A DNA stretch of 57,410 nt, counting the filler, from Basidiobolus ranarum (taxonomy: Eukaryota): assembly GCA_040143965.1 (NCBI GenBank). It is 7 parts of 7 records of this genome, joined end to end, with 100 filler letters (N's around TTAATTAATTAA, not from the genome) between each part and the next. Parts side by side here need not be neighbours in the genome. Positions count along the whole stretch, not along the records: positions 1 to 8,129 come from JASJQH010007889.1; positions 8,230 to 16,351 come from JASJQH010007890.1; 5 more parts are not named here. One strand, given 5' to 3'. Below the pieces are notes generated by a model. It was given only the letters and a program-made list of their open reading frames with translations, had not been told where the DNA came from and did no database searches. This document shows positions 1-12,553 of the stretch, piece by piece (position 1 is the first letter of the stretch; every line of letters starts with the position of its first letter). A program made the position numbers and the translations under genes.

Positions 1-1
1 C

Positions 2-400
2 ACTCCTCCAAAACGCAAGCCTGATGTTATTGTCCAAGAAAAAACCAATGAAAACCAAGCCAAACTCTATCCTCTTAATGGTGATCTCAACCCATTACAT
101 ATTGATCCCGAAATGTCAGCAATGGGTGGGTTTGATGTCCCAATTCTTCATGGACTTTGTTCCATGGGAATTGCTGGTAAACATGTGTTCCAAACGTACG
201 GAAACAACAAGCCAGATGCCTTTAAATCAGTCAAAGTGCGCTTTGCCAAACATGTGTTCCCTGGCGAGACCTTGGAAACTCAGATGTGGAAAGAAGGCAA
301 CAAGGTCATATTCCAGGTTCGTGTTGTTGAAAGAGATGTTATTGCTGTCGCCAATGCCGCAGTTGAGTTGAACATCTCAAGTCCTTCTTCCAAATTGTAA
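2..400 (+). CDS. FOX2: Peroxisomal multifunctional beta-oxidation enzyme (MFE-2/Fox2), C-terminal MaoC-type hydratase-2 domain; 5'-truncated
   Basis: Frame open from base 2: ...[18 protein letters not shown]...[10 protein letters not shown]...[22 protein letters not shown]. This is the hydratase-2 motif GDxNPLH. The protein ends in the PTS1 signal SKL. Confidence 0.9.
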   Translation, partial: TPPKRKPDVIVQEKTNENQAKLYPLNGDLNPLHIDPEMSAMGGFDVPILHGLCSMGIAGKHVFQTYGNNKPDAFKSVKVRFAKHVFPGETLETQMWKEGNKVIFQVRVVERDVIAVANAAVELNISSPSSKL

Positions 401-1240
401 ATGTTGATATTTTTTGCGCACTATCTCCACCCTCCTACGTTCATTTAGGCGAGATGAACTAAACACCATCGTGAATATTTGTATCGTTTTCCATGAAACT
501 CAGAAATACTGTAACACCGATCTCAATTCGCTAATAAAGCTAATTGCAATTCTCTCATGATTCCTGTTGACTTATCCAACAACTAGAAATTGGCAGTCAC
601 CTGAAGGTGAGTTTTAGTCCATTTTGGCCAAACCTGCATAAATATGAACGCGGTTTTCGCATTTCACGATGATAAGGGAGTTAGCGCATGGCAAGGCAAG
701 ATGATTGGTTTTATTGAGAGCGTGACTTGTTTTTTGTATCTCTTGTGATTTGGAGATCCAATCCCTGATATTTCCAATTGGTGTATAGTTCCTATTCAAG
801 GTGAGTCCTCTTCAATTCCAGAGAAGCATTTGAACAATGTGACTATCAGATTGTTTACCAAAAATAATAAATTACTTAAGAGTTACTTCCCAAGGTTTAT
901 CGATGACTATTGGTCCTAGTGCTAATTCCAAGTCAATTAGTTATAAGGACTTTCTCATATATGTGACTGATTAATGCGAGTTGGTGCTTTTCCCTTAAAA
1001 GGCTTATGTGTGAATGGAATCATAGTCACATTATAGGGGTTGCAAAAAGAGGGTACAACAGTACATAGCACTGCTTGTACATCCCTAGTTTCATTCATGA
1101 TTGGAATTCAAGAGACACAATGAAGGTCCTATTGCTCGTGACCTGCTTTTTTTATTCCATCTCTAGCTACTTGTTCGACCCATTAAAAGAACAGTCTTTT
1201 CTACTTTATACAGTTTCGTTTTACTTCGAATTCAACGAAC

Positions 1241-1721
1241 ATGCTACCCGCAAAGCAAAACAAGATTGACCTAAGTGTAAGTAGAGGATAGTTACATAGG
1301 TCTGAGTCTCTTGGCTATACCATAGATATTGATTCTTTTATTGTAGAAACTAACTGAGGAAGAGCGCAGGATCTTCAAAATGTATGGCCGACTTCCTAAT
1401 GGCAAAGACCTGGTAGCCCAAAGGTTGAAGGTAACGATATTCCTTACTAGCTTTATGTTATCTCACACACACCAGTCTCTGAATGTCTGTATGATTTTGT
1501 AGGACCGTAAATATTTCGACTCGGGTGATTACGCTCTTAAGAAAGCTGGCCAAGTGTCAACTGAAGTTGGTTTACAACATCCTTCACCAGAGAAAATTCC
1601 TCATGCTAGTCCGATAGCAGCAACTAGTTCGCTCCAGAAAGAAACCAGCTTAAACCAAGTAACTGCTACATCAACTCCACATATTGAAAAATATGGACCA
1701 CCACCAGTATTCAATTTTTGA
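1241..1721 (+). CDS. IGO1: Endosulfine / Igo1-ENSA family PP2A inhibitor (3 exons; not in the ORF track)
   Basis: Exons 1241-1276, 1347-1430 and 1503-1721 with GTAAGT/GTAACG...TAG introns translate to MLPAKQNKIDLSKLTEEERRIFKMYGRLPNGKDLVAQRLKDRKYFDSGDYALKKAG..., which contains the signature KYFDSGDY. Confidence 0.92.
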
Positions 1722-2410
1722 CCCGTTGAAAGATGTGATCAAGAAGACTCATCTCCAGACTCGTTTAATCTATTCAGAGATCAAAAAATCTCGATTGTGT
1801 CATGGTTTTCTTCCTTCTACTAGTTAGCATTTGACTGTAGCTGATGTCACGTCTCCGAGGTTTCCAGCTGGGAAGATCAAACGATGATTTATCATCATAT
1901 TCGATCTTTGGTTTCCTTTCGCAACATTCTTATCCTTGAATTTATGCATCGAGCTTGTTCTGTTTGAAATATATCCGACATTTATTCTCTAAAATTTATG
2001 ATCCTTTTCAATCCTAAGAACTCGGATTAATCCCAAATCATGAATAATAAATAAGCAATGAAATAAGAAACGATGTCTACTCTTTGATGTACAAACATCT
2101 GTTGAAGGGCCAATGCAAACTTTCAATCGTTTCCATGAGTATATATATGATACTTCCAATGCTTGCTTAAACAGAGTGAATGGAGTTTTTCATGCTGTAC
2201 GCAGTTTAATTATAGTCTATAGTCTATATATATATAATTGAAGTCACTAAAGATACACAAAGATACTTCTACTTCCATCAAATATATGAATAATCAAAGC
2301 AAAGCTAATGCAAATTGCACTTTGAGGAATTACTAAAAATTACCAACGATAATAACGAACAAAATTATTTCAGTAAAATATGACTTACTGTTTAGACTGC
2401 CATGATCTTT

Positions 2411-5400
2411 TTACATGACCCTTGTCTGTTTCGTTAGCTCCATCACTTGCATTTGAGAGCGTTGAAGTTCAGATTTCATCTTACGAAGCATCGACTCTGA
2501 ATCCCGGACGTACTTTATAGCACGTTGGGTATCTTTTTCCATTTTGGCCGATTTCTTCTCTGATTCTTGTAGTTGTCGTTCAAGCTGTTGAACTTTATTT
2601 TGGTTGATTTGGATACGGGATTCCGAATCGCTGTTGAACAAGGAAGGTTTAGGACGTGATTGACGCAGCAGTTCTTCAAGAGAGTTGGCTTTGACTTGCA
2701 TTGCTAAAAATTGATCCTTTAATCTAGCAATTTCATGTTCATCTCCAGCAACTCTTGCTTTCGCTGCCTTCTCAGAATCGATTAGCGGCTGCTGCTTCTC
2801 AACAATGGTGTGCAATTCCTGCAAAGTATTTTTGTACTTCTCTTGTAATTCTTTGTTATGGCACTTTGTTTGGTTGAGGCGATCTTGTAATGATTCAAGT
2901 TGTTGTCGTAATTTAATATTGTCTTCTGGAGATTTAAGATCAATATTTAACTTGTCCGAAGCAAGTGCTACAAGCCTATGTGGGTCCAGACCTCCAGCAC
3001 AGCTGAACTCTTGCATCATATTTGCTAGAGTGGTGATTTTCAAACGAGCCCCTTCGAGTTCCAAGGATTCCGCTCTCAATAGATCCTGAGAATTCATTAA
3101 CTGTAACTTCATTTCATAAATGTTGTCTTGTGCATCTGCTAATCGAAGGCGGGACTCACTGAGTTCTGACTGTACGTCATAGTGTTTCTTCTCCAAGTCT
3201 TCTACCTTTTGTGTTAAAGCATAGTTCTCTTTTTCAATTCTATCGATAACATCACATGATTCTTCTTTTACTTGAAGTAAAAGACTAACTTCTCCCTCGA
3301 GCTCTGCCACACGATAATTGGCACGGGTTAACTTTTCCTCAATTCCTTCCTCAGAATGATTCTTGGAGTTATTGAAGACTTGTGAGATGGAGTCCAGGGA
3401 CTCCAATTGTTGCTTAGTAGTGAGCCACAAAGTTTCCATCTCTCCGGCTTGGAAATGGGCTCTAGCCAACTCCTCAGATTTCTGTTCAATAGTTTTGCGT
3501 AGCTCAATAGATTCTTTCTCGAGGGCTTGGATTTCCTGTTGCGCGTCCATCCACATCCTTTCTGCTTCATTAGCGCGTTCGTTAGCGGCACTCACTGCAT
3601 TAGATGCCAGCTCTCTAGCTTGCCTTTCTTGAGCGGATGTTTCCTCCAATGATGCTAAACGTTCAAGAATTACCGTAGCTTCGGTCTCTTTCGCGTATAG
3701 CGTGGCTTCAGCTTTGGAAGCTCTCGTATTTGCATTGGAAGCTGTTAACTGAGCTTTCTTGAGAGCATCTTCCAAAGTAGTGGTTTTTTCTCTAAGCATT
3801 CGACAGTTTTCTTCCGCTTCCACCACTCTATTTAGAGTATTCCTAGAATTCTCTTCCATTAATAATCGATTTTCTTGATCCTTAGCAGATACCTGTGTTT
3901 GAAGATCAATTCTAGATACAAGTGATTGATTCTCAGTGAGAGCTTTGACAAGGCGCTTTTCTAATTCGACAACACGATCCTGCTCGATCTTACATAATTC
4001 TTCAGTAGAGGAACTTTTGATAGCGGATATTTTCATTCTTAAATAGGCTGCCTCTTGTAGAGCGACCTGTCGACTCTTTTCACCATCGGAAATTTTACGA
4101 GCGGCATGTTCACAATTTTGGGTCATATGTGCCTAGGAATGTATTTGAAGTTAATTGATTGTGGAAAAGAAGGATTAGATTTTTGTGGAAAGAATAGCAA
4201 CCTGTGCTTTACTTAATTGATCTTTCAAGAAAAGAAGTGCTTGAAGAAGTTGAATCTTTTCCGGATCTTTCTGATCATTTGGCAAAGGTTTCAAGTATGG
4301 AGAAATGGACGCTTCTTTGGTGGAGCAGTCAGATCTCTCTGAAACCATCTTCTCTACATTACTCCATAATGCAGTTTTAGAGGCCGCATGCTTGGTGGTA
4401 TCTTTGCTAACCTTTAATATTTCAGAGGAGCATTCTTCTTGCTTCGTTAGATGCTTGGGTGGAATTCCCGAAACTTTACCTTCCTCCTCAAAGTCCGAGT
4501 CATTCGGTAACCTCTCTTCAAAGATGGAACTAGCATTTTCAGGATAACTATTCAACGAAATATTTGAAGCCATACCATGACTATTAAGACGCTGACCAGT
4601 TGGATCTCGCATGGTAATGGTGTCTTCTTGTATTCTCTCCTTCGAAGAAACCTCTAATGCAGGAGCGCTTTGACCATATGAAGACAGCTTTGAATCTGAA
4701 TCTATGAGAGAAGGTATGTTCTCCGTAGTTCGAGTAGCAGGATGCTTTCGATGGGTATTCAAAGGAGTATTTTTGTTTGAAGAAGGATGTTTTAAAGCAT
4801 GACTACGCGTACTTCCCGGTTCCGTTGACCGGGGCTGATGAACCTTTTCGGTATTTAAAGGAATGAATGTCGCAAACTGACGTAAATGATCTCTAGATCT
4901 TTCAATATTTATCTTGACAGCTGTGTCCTCGCTATTAGCGGTCGAATTTTGCAAATGGTTGGAATCACCAGAACGGATATGGTTATTCTCACGTTGAGAC
5001 GTATTCAATAGCTGGTTAGACTTGGTGATAGTACTGGAAGTAGTCGTGTATTGTCCTGGGGGGCCGGAATCCAAGCTAGTTTTTACATCATTGGGCTTCC
5101 CACCCTTGAAGGTGAAATTGGAAGGAGCTTGTAGGTGTGAGGGACTGTGAGCTCTGCTAATGTGTGGTATACCTCCAGGATTTTGCCCTGAAGAGCCATT
5201 GATTTGATTATGTTCCAATGGAGTTGGGCTAGGAGTCAACAATCGGTTAATTTCATAATCATCATTATCAGAGTTAGATGAACTTCTGCCATATTCAACA
5301 GGACTAGGTGGAGGAAGATAGTTTCTTATTTGCTTCTCATGTGCTCCATTATGCCCACAATGCTCATATGCATTAGAGAAGTATTCACCACCTGAATGAA

Positions 5401-6835
5401 GTTCCACATAACCTCCAACTTTCGCTAAAATCAAAGTTCCTTCCATTAAACAAACTATGCATATCCAGAAACACTACAGTAAGGGTACCTACCTGTGTCA
5501 AGAATATGGACCACCGACTGATTAGCTACTGAGTCATATTCGCCGACTAATACATGGATTTTCTCTTGAATAACACAAGTTTTTATACTCTTTGGCAGTA
5601 CAGAGCCCAAATGAACGCTCGGAAGAACGAACCAAGTTCTCTCTAAATAAGTTTAGAAAATTAATGGACAAGCACTCAATGAGTTTTATATACTTTCAGT
5701 ACCTAAGAAATGAAATAGATAAACTTCGTTGAGGAACTGTCCAGATTCGTCTTGACCACCCAAGATAAACATGAAATCATTATGAACGCAAGCAGTGTGA
5801 CCTGCTCTTTTGGACGGTCCCCCTTTAGCTAGAATTTGTGACCAGATATTGAACTTTGGATCATAGCACCAAAGATCATCAAATGATTTATCCACATCAT
5901 TTCCACCAAAACTGCGTATGAATTAGGTTAGATATCCGGGATTCATAAATCTTACGATTCATTAGTGACTTACATGTAGATTTGATTTTTGTATACAACT
6001 GCTGAATGGCAAGCTCTTTCAGGTGGACTGTCATATCCAGAGGCGATATAATCCCAGTGTGGAGTCTGAGTAGATACTAAGTTGCAAGGCACGATTAATC
6101 ACTAGTATTAATTCAGATAGAAATCGTAGTTACATACATGACTTTGTATCAAAAGCAACTAAGTCATTGAAATAGTAATCATCCACTTGACCACCAAATA
6201 AATACATGGTTGACTCAATAGCAACTGCCGAATGATCTCTTCTTCCTACTAAAGAGTTGCTCTGCATAGGTAATCTGGTCCAAAGTTTACTTCCTACGAA
6301 CAATTTAATCTCTAACATGTAGAGTTTCAAAAGGCTTAACTCAATAACATACCTATATTAAGCGAGTACAATGAATCGTCCCAACGACTGTTCGTTGTTT
6401 CTCCTCCGAAAACTACCAATGAAACCTTGTATTAGCATAATGTATAAAATTATGGGTCTCTTTTTGGAATTCCCTTTCATACCTAGTAGATATCTTCCTA
6501 TATTCAATGCGGTATGTCCAGCTCTAGGGCAAGGAATCTCTCCAGAAGTTTTAGCTACTTCGACAGAAAGGTCGTCTATACGTATTTGTGATAATCAGTA
6601 CCTCAATAGATCGCTTTATGGTGGTATGAGTTGATCAATATTACTAACGTGAATCAATAATGTGCAAGTCGTTTTGAGGTATGTTCTCCATACTTCCAGC
6701 AAAGACATATATATCATCAAGAATTTCGCAAATACTGTAGTCTTGTCGTGGGAAAGGGGACTGTTTGTATATCTTCTTTTGGGTCCAGAGAGTCGAGTTG
6801 GAGGTGGATTTGGAGAATTTGGCGAGAAAAGGCAT
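2411..6835 (-). CDS. Kelch-repeat cell-polarity protein with long C-terminal coiled coil (Tea1/Kel1-like), multi-exon
   Basis: Short minus-strand exons at 5490-6835 encode kelch blades (GRRDHSAVAIESTMYLFGG, KRAGHTACVHNDFMFILGG). These are followed by a low-complexity linker (4175-5446 ORF) and a 571-aa heptad-rich coiled coil (2411-4126). Internal exon limits are approximate. Confidence 0.8.
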
Positions 6836-7475
6836 CGTGTTATTTTTTTAGTGAGAGGTTTTAGTGACTGCAGTTGATGTGGCTTTCGTAACTTATGGAA
6901 TTTACGCGTTTAACGTGAAAAAATTAATTCTTGGGGAAATAGAGGGAATTAGTTCTAAAAGGGTATCACAAGGTTTTATGTAGAAGATGATATTTGTATA
7001 GGTAGCAATACTAAAAGTACAAGAAATTATTTGATAATTGGAAGGCTGAGAGTTGAAAGACGCATGTTCTTTATAGTGAGCCCAGAGAGTAAGTGAAAAC
7101 TGCAAGATCAAGGTTGTGGAAGTATTACTAGTCAGAATTATCCTTTATTGCCTAATACATGCTCCAGGAAGGAAAGTGGAGCGCACATTAGGAAGTTAGG
7201 AAATGAACATGGCAGCCCATATTGCCTAAATCCGTTCGAAGCAATGTCTTAACAATGAGCATAGTACTTTACAGATTTATTAATTAAACTGCAGGTAAAA
7301 AATTCATTGAGCATGTTACTAGGATAGCATTACACCACCGACATTCATGCTCTGTACTAACATCGCTAACTCTCTTACAGAAACCAGCATAATTTTCCTC
7401 ACCAACGACAGCAAAGCAATGGTAATACTTGACAGATAAATTGCGCATCAATTTGCTATCACTAACGGCAGACAA

Positions 7476-8026
7476 GGGAAGGATACTATATTAATACTGG
7501 TAGGCTAGAAATGCAAAGTATCGTGAGCCCAATAGAGGCGTCGGAATGAGAAAAATACTAGCTAAAGAAGGCTTCCAGCTATACCTCCTTGAAGATTTTA
7601 AAACTCCAAGTCTGTGCCCTACTTACCAGAACGGTGAACTGGAAAAGTATAAAAAAGTAGAAAATCCTAGACCATATAAAAGACAAAAGTATCCTATTGT
7701 ATATCGTCACGGCCTTTTAAGGTAAATGCTTTTTACATGCAAGTAAAAAATTCCAAATTCAAACCTAAGTTCTGCTCAGGTGCAAAAACCAACAGTGTTT
7801 AAAGGTCGTGACTAATACTACATAAGTTTCTCTCCATCGTCTTTGGAATCGTGACCTGGCTGCTATTTTGAATTTTAGATACATCCTTTTTAACTTGCAC
7901 TCAAACCGAGAAAGATCAGAACGTTTTTGCAGATTGAAGGAACCTCTCTCCACCGGCTATAAAAGAAAGGGTATCTCATCAGCCAGCAGCAGTCGACCAA
8001 CGAAAAAAGCCAACAATCCTGTGTAG
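7476..8026 (+). pseudogene. Degenerate Fanzor (TnpB/Cas12-related RuvC nuclease), C-terminal half, relic A
   Basis: Manual translation: GKDTILILVG* /frameshift/ NAKYREPNRGVGMRKILAKEGFQLYLLEDFKTPSLCPTYQNGELEKYKKVENPRPYKRQKYPIVYRHGLLR [intron 7722-7779] CKNQQCLKVVTNTT*VSLHRLWNRDLAAILNFRYIL...RSERFCR...KRKGISSASSSRPTKKANNPV*. This fits the RuvC-II / zinc finger / RuvC-III (WNRD..A..N) layout of fungal Fanzor1. Confidence 0.85.
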
Positions 8027-8125
8027 TTATCGCAACACTAAACTTTTGATACAGAGTGTCTTTGAACACTTTTTCTTTTGCCATGTGTCTCCACTTCTCT
8101 CAGATTATTTTGGCGATCATCCCAT
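8027..8125 (+). ncRNA. Candidate omegaRNA scaffold / transposon right end of Fanzor relic A
   Basis: Lies directly 3' of the Fanzor stop. Contains a hairpin AGAGTGT-ctttga-ACACTTT (8053-8072) and ends ...GGCGATCATCCC|AT just before the contig break. Called by position only. Confidence 0.35.
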
Positions 8126-8129
8126 TTAT

Positions 8130-8229
8130 NNNNNNNNNNNNNNNNNNNNNNNNNNNNNNNNNNNNNNNNNNNNTTAATTAATTAANNNNNNNNNNNNNNN
8201 NNNNNNNNNNNNNNNNNNNNNNNNNNNNN
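8130..8229. other. Artificial contig linker
   Basis: 100 nt of N with a central TTAATTAATTAA (stops in all six frames); identical to five other linkers. Confidence 0.98.
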
Positions 8230-8688
8230 TGATTCCTTACAGTTCACTACTTAAGCTTGGTATTCTTTAGGGAGAATCATATAGCAGGTATTTTATGGAT
8301 CCTAAACTACCGGTTACTCCAATAGGCTACTAAGCTTGAAATTCAGTTTGCAACAGGAGAATGAAGGCGACTATGAGATCATTTAAGATTTACTCTGCAA
8401 ACACTGGACCTGACTTATGTTTCCCGTGAAATAGAGTCATCAAGGATTTAAGAACAATTAGGTGTACATAAGCAGCATTTATATTTAATTGGGATGTATA
8501 GTTATATAAGATGGCATCTCGCTCCTCAACTTTGCTTCATTCACTTGATACTAGACTCGGTCCTTCAATACTTCTCAGTGTGAACATTGGGGCTTTCAAT
8601 CGTCGTTCTATCGATTTTGGTGTTATACATAAAATCCATCGTTTTTGAGGAAGACATAACATTTCAGGAAACCTTTTTCTTCTTCAAC

Positions 8689-11189
8689 ATGCTTGCAACC
8701 TCAATTGACATCAACAGCCATCCCGGTAAAATTATCTCTCCCAAAAATCCACTAGACATACTCTTAGAAAACACCGATAATAGCGTTAGAGCCTGTGAAG
8801 ATATCCCTTCAGTGAATAAGCCTGCCTTGTACGCAGACAGAGCGAGTGACATTCGATCATCAGAGCTGTTGGAGGTGACTCTAGTTCATAACTATTCAAA
8901 CGCTGTATTTACTAACTTTCCAAACCGCAGTGCCCACCAAAGACCCCAGAGCATTCACTCAAGTTTAGGGAGGATTTCACGTCCGACTATCTGTGCAGCT
9001 CTGTGCATAGCCTTAACAGGTATCCTAAATTTTCTGCCCCTGTATATTCGGAGCCAAAAGGTTGTAGATACTTTGAAAGTCCATTCGAATGGGGCCTGGG
9101 TTAGTTTCAAGCTTACTATCATAGTTTACCTATGGAAATTCAAACTTACCTTTGTTTCAGAGGACCAGCTAAATAAGTTGAGCTTGGAGGGATCTAAGAT
9201 ACGAAGCAATGATGAAGAAGCGAAGCATTCTTATAACGTTAAGAGCTCTCCAGAAGATATGTTGATGCTTGAGAGCGGTCGTAATCTAAGCGTGCCCTCC
9301 TTGAATGACATACGCGGTCTGTCATCTTGTTATAGTTCAGTGCCAACCCATTTCGTTTCGGTGGGTCTTTTGTCTCAACGTATTGATGCTGGAGAATTGG
9401 AATTTTTAAAGGTACAATCGATCTTGTTGCGATTGAGAATGCTGAATTACTAAAACGAATTGATGATGTAGAGTACTGGCAAAGTGTGGCAAGTACTCAC
9501 AGATCGAGTCCACGATCTCGGAATGATCATTGTTGCCTATTACGATCTACGTGATGCTATTGCAGCAGTCCAACAATTGAGATCTAGCAGAATTAAAGAG
9601 CATACAACAGTAAATTATGTTCGAATCTCTCAACTTGCCAAGTGTTCAACATTATTCAATTCTTTCCAAAATATAAACGATTTTGATGGAAAATTACTAG
9701 TGTCCTACTGTCCTCCTAATCAGTTCACTTCTAACATGCAACTAATCCTAGAATCGTGTGGAGATATACGAGAGATAAGTCAGCTTCCTTACAAATCGAG
9801 CGTGATTGTGGAGTTCTACGATATAAGGAATGCTGTTTCTGCCGAAGAAAAGTTGCACCGGATGGATCCCCACGGAGGCCAATATCAAGTAAGCTTCTGC
9901 CCAGATGAAGACTACATTGAGAGGATTATTATTTTCCACGATTATCGCGATTGTGGCAGTAGCCCTTACAAACACAACGCATTGATAAATGAGTCAATCT
10001 CAGATATGTGGAGAGACGAAGCGATCGCACCCAACAATGCCCATGGTAGGAGTGTAAAGATTCATTTCCAAATTTTTACACGCTTTTTTGACTTTGAATT
10101 TCTATAATAGGATTCTTCTATCCACCAACTGGAATGCTCTCAAATCAACTATTTCCAACTGTATCTGCCAAGTCTAACGATTTTCTAAATGATTCCAATG
10201 TATCTGTTGCAACGCCACCTGGAATCTCATTTGACTCGAGAGCTAACGGTTGGTCCAAAGTTTGGCAACAGAAGCCCAATGTTAATTATCTTTCGGGTTC
10301 ATACACACCATCGAATATGCCCCGCTTTTCCTCAAACTCAAACCCTTGTGAAAATATTGTTCCCAGCCGCAATCAAGTCGACATTTGGAAAATTGCACAA
10401 GGTATTACAAATACTTTGTTTTAGATGACCCGAGTAAAATACTAACCTGGTGTTCATATTTTCCAGGTCTTGATAATCGAACGACATTTATGATTCGCAA
10501 TATCCCTAACAAATATACTCAGGTATATACAAATTAAAAATCTATGCATGGGGCGATGTTAACCAATATCTGTACTCGTATAGAAAATGCTCCTAGAATG
10601 CATCGATGAAACACACAAAGGAGAATATGATTTTGTATATCTTCGCATTGATTTTAAAAACCATTGTAATGTTGGATATGCCTTCATTAATTTCATCGAT
10701 GTCAAGTAAGATTTTGTATAGATCATTGCTCACATCTAACTATGCTAATGATTATTATTAGCGCGGTGGTGAGCTTTATTGAGAAACGAGTGGGCCGAAA
10801 ATGGTATGGAATTGGCGAAACTGGATGTTTGAAGCTATTATTAACTTTTATATGTAGGGGCCGGTTTAATTCCGATAAAATATGTCACATCTCGTATGCC
10901 AATATTCAAGGCAAGGCTGCGCTGATCGAGAAGTTCAAAAACTCAAGGTAAATACGGCACTTAGTCATGTCACCTTAAGATAATCGCTAACTGGGTATTA
11001 AATAGTGTAATGGATAAGGATCCAACCTATCAACCTAAAATATTTCACAGCTCTGGTTCATTTAAGGGCCTAGAGGAACCGTTTCCTTCCCCTCAAAACT
11101 CTACTACTCACAACAGCTATAGTGTGTGCTGGTCGTCACCTAAAAGTAGTACAAAGTGGAAAGATGCAGAATCTTTATTAGATTACTAA
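8689..11189 (+). CDS. mei2: Mei2-like RNA-binding protein (N-terminal RRMs plus C-terminal Mei2-type RRM3), multi-exon
   Basis: Spliced 3' exons give [54 protein letters not shown]...RFNSDKICHISYANIQGKAALIEKFKNSSVMDKDPTYQPKIFHSSG. Upstream RRMs contain VAYYDLRDA and IVEFYDIRNA. The start codon is inferred. Confidence 0.88.
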
Positions 11190-12553
11190 TCAATAACTAT
11201 AATAGCAAACGCGAAAACAACTGTGAGTACCTATCAACCTCACGTTTAAACGGATCTTTTAGCCTCAACATAAAAATCATCATTGACCGTGTCAAATTTA
11301 TTCATAGCTGGAAGGCTCTAATTTCGTAAAAAACAATCCTTTTATTCTTCGCTGCCCTTAAAATTTGTCGTTTTTGGTTAGAATTATTTACACCAACCTG
11401 AGGTTTAGCGAGTGCTTTCTTTTGCTGGATTATTTATTAAGAGACTGCGCTACCTGGGTTACAAATCACTTATTTGTGCTTCAGTTTAGCTTTAAATTGA
11501 CTACACTATAAACGCTCATGAAATGTGACGTCTATTTATCGGTGCTTTTGACCTCCTAAACCTATATGTAATCACGTACTTCATATTATAAAATCTTTAT
11601 ACAAATAGGATTTACTGTGAATTTAATGGAAAATTCCAGGTCAATTTAAAAGTAGCAATATATTGTTAAAATATAGAGTAGCAGTTGGCTGGACCATTCC
11701 CAGTAGAATTAGCCACCGGCACTCGTAGGATTGCAATTTCTATTGGCTCGATATCTAGGGGTCTGTTGCCTAGCATTTGGTATTTTGATTACATGAATCG
11801 CAATACAATAAATTGCAAAATACAATGCAGCATCTTATATTTCTTTAGAGATATGCGCAGCCTGTTCGGTTCCTTGGCATACTAGCTCTTGATTTCCCTG
11901 ATCTACAAGTGTTGAACTAGAGCATCAGGGGAAGATGCAAAGGAATTTTGTATGTAAGTGAGGACCACTAAGGTGCTTTGTTCGGATCGTCCATTGAAAA
12001 CGAAAGTGCACTCAGACGTGGCCTCGTTCATGGTGCAGCTGGATGTTTATTTATAAGAGCTACCTGCTGGAGAGTGAAAAGGTTTTCGTAATTAAATAAC
12101 ATTATTAGGGTGATATTCTGGTTTTCTTGAACACACCTTTTGTCATTCGTTTAGATGCTTTTACACTTCTCAACTTGATGTCTATAAATAAATCCATGCC
12201 TCGATATATTACTTTGATCAATAAATCGACTTGTCCTAGCGCGCTATCCTCTTTCAGACTTCTAATTCAAAGAAACACTCGCATCCACAATTGGAGTCCA
12301 CTACCTCAAGTTTGTCGTATTCTCCAAGAGCCTTTTCTTAAATCAACAGATCAGCGCCAGCAACCCAAACCCCTCGGATTTTCTCGCAACCCACATAATA
12401 ATACTCACACATCTAGCCTTGGTGTTGGCCTTCGTGTGCCTTTTCTTTTTCGCTTCTTGCCTATTACACAAACACAGTAACCATACCGGTAACTCTATTT
12501 CGAAAACCCTCTCCGGTCAAGTTTGGAATCAACGATATCAGTTTGAAGATTCC

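Noticed and set aside
8174-8185. TTAATTAATTAA recurring about every 8.2 kb as a possible regular repeat
   Set aside because: It is a synthetic all-frame stop linker embedded in N runs.
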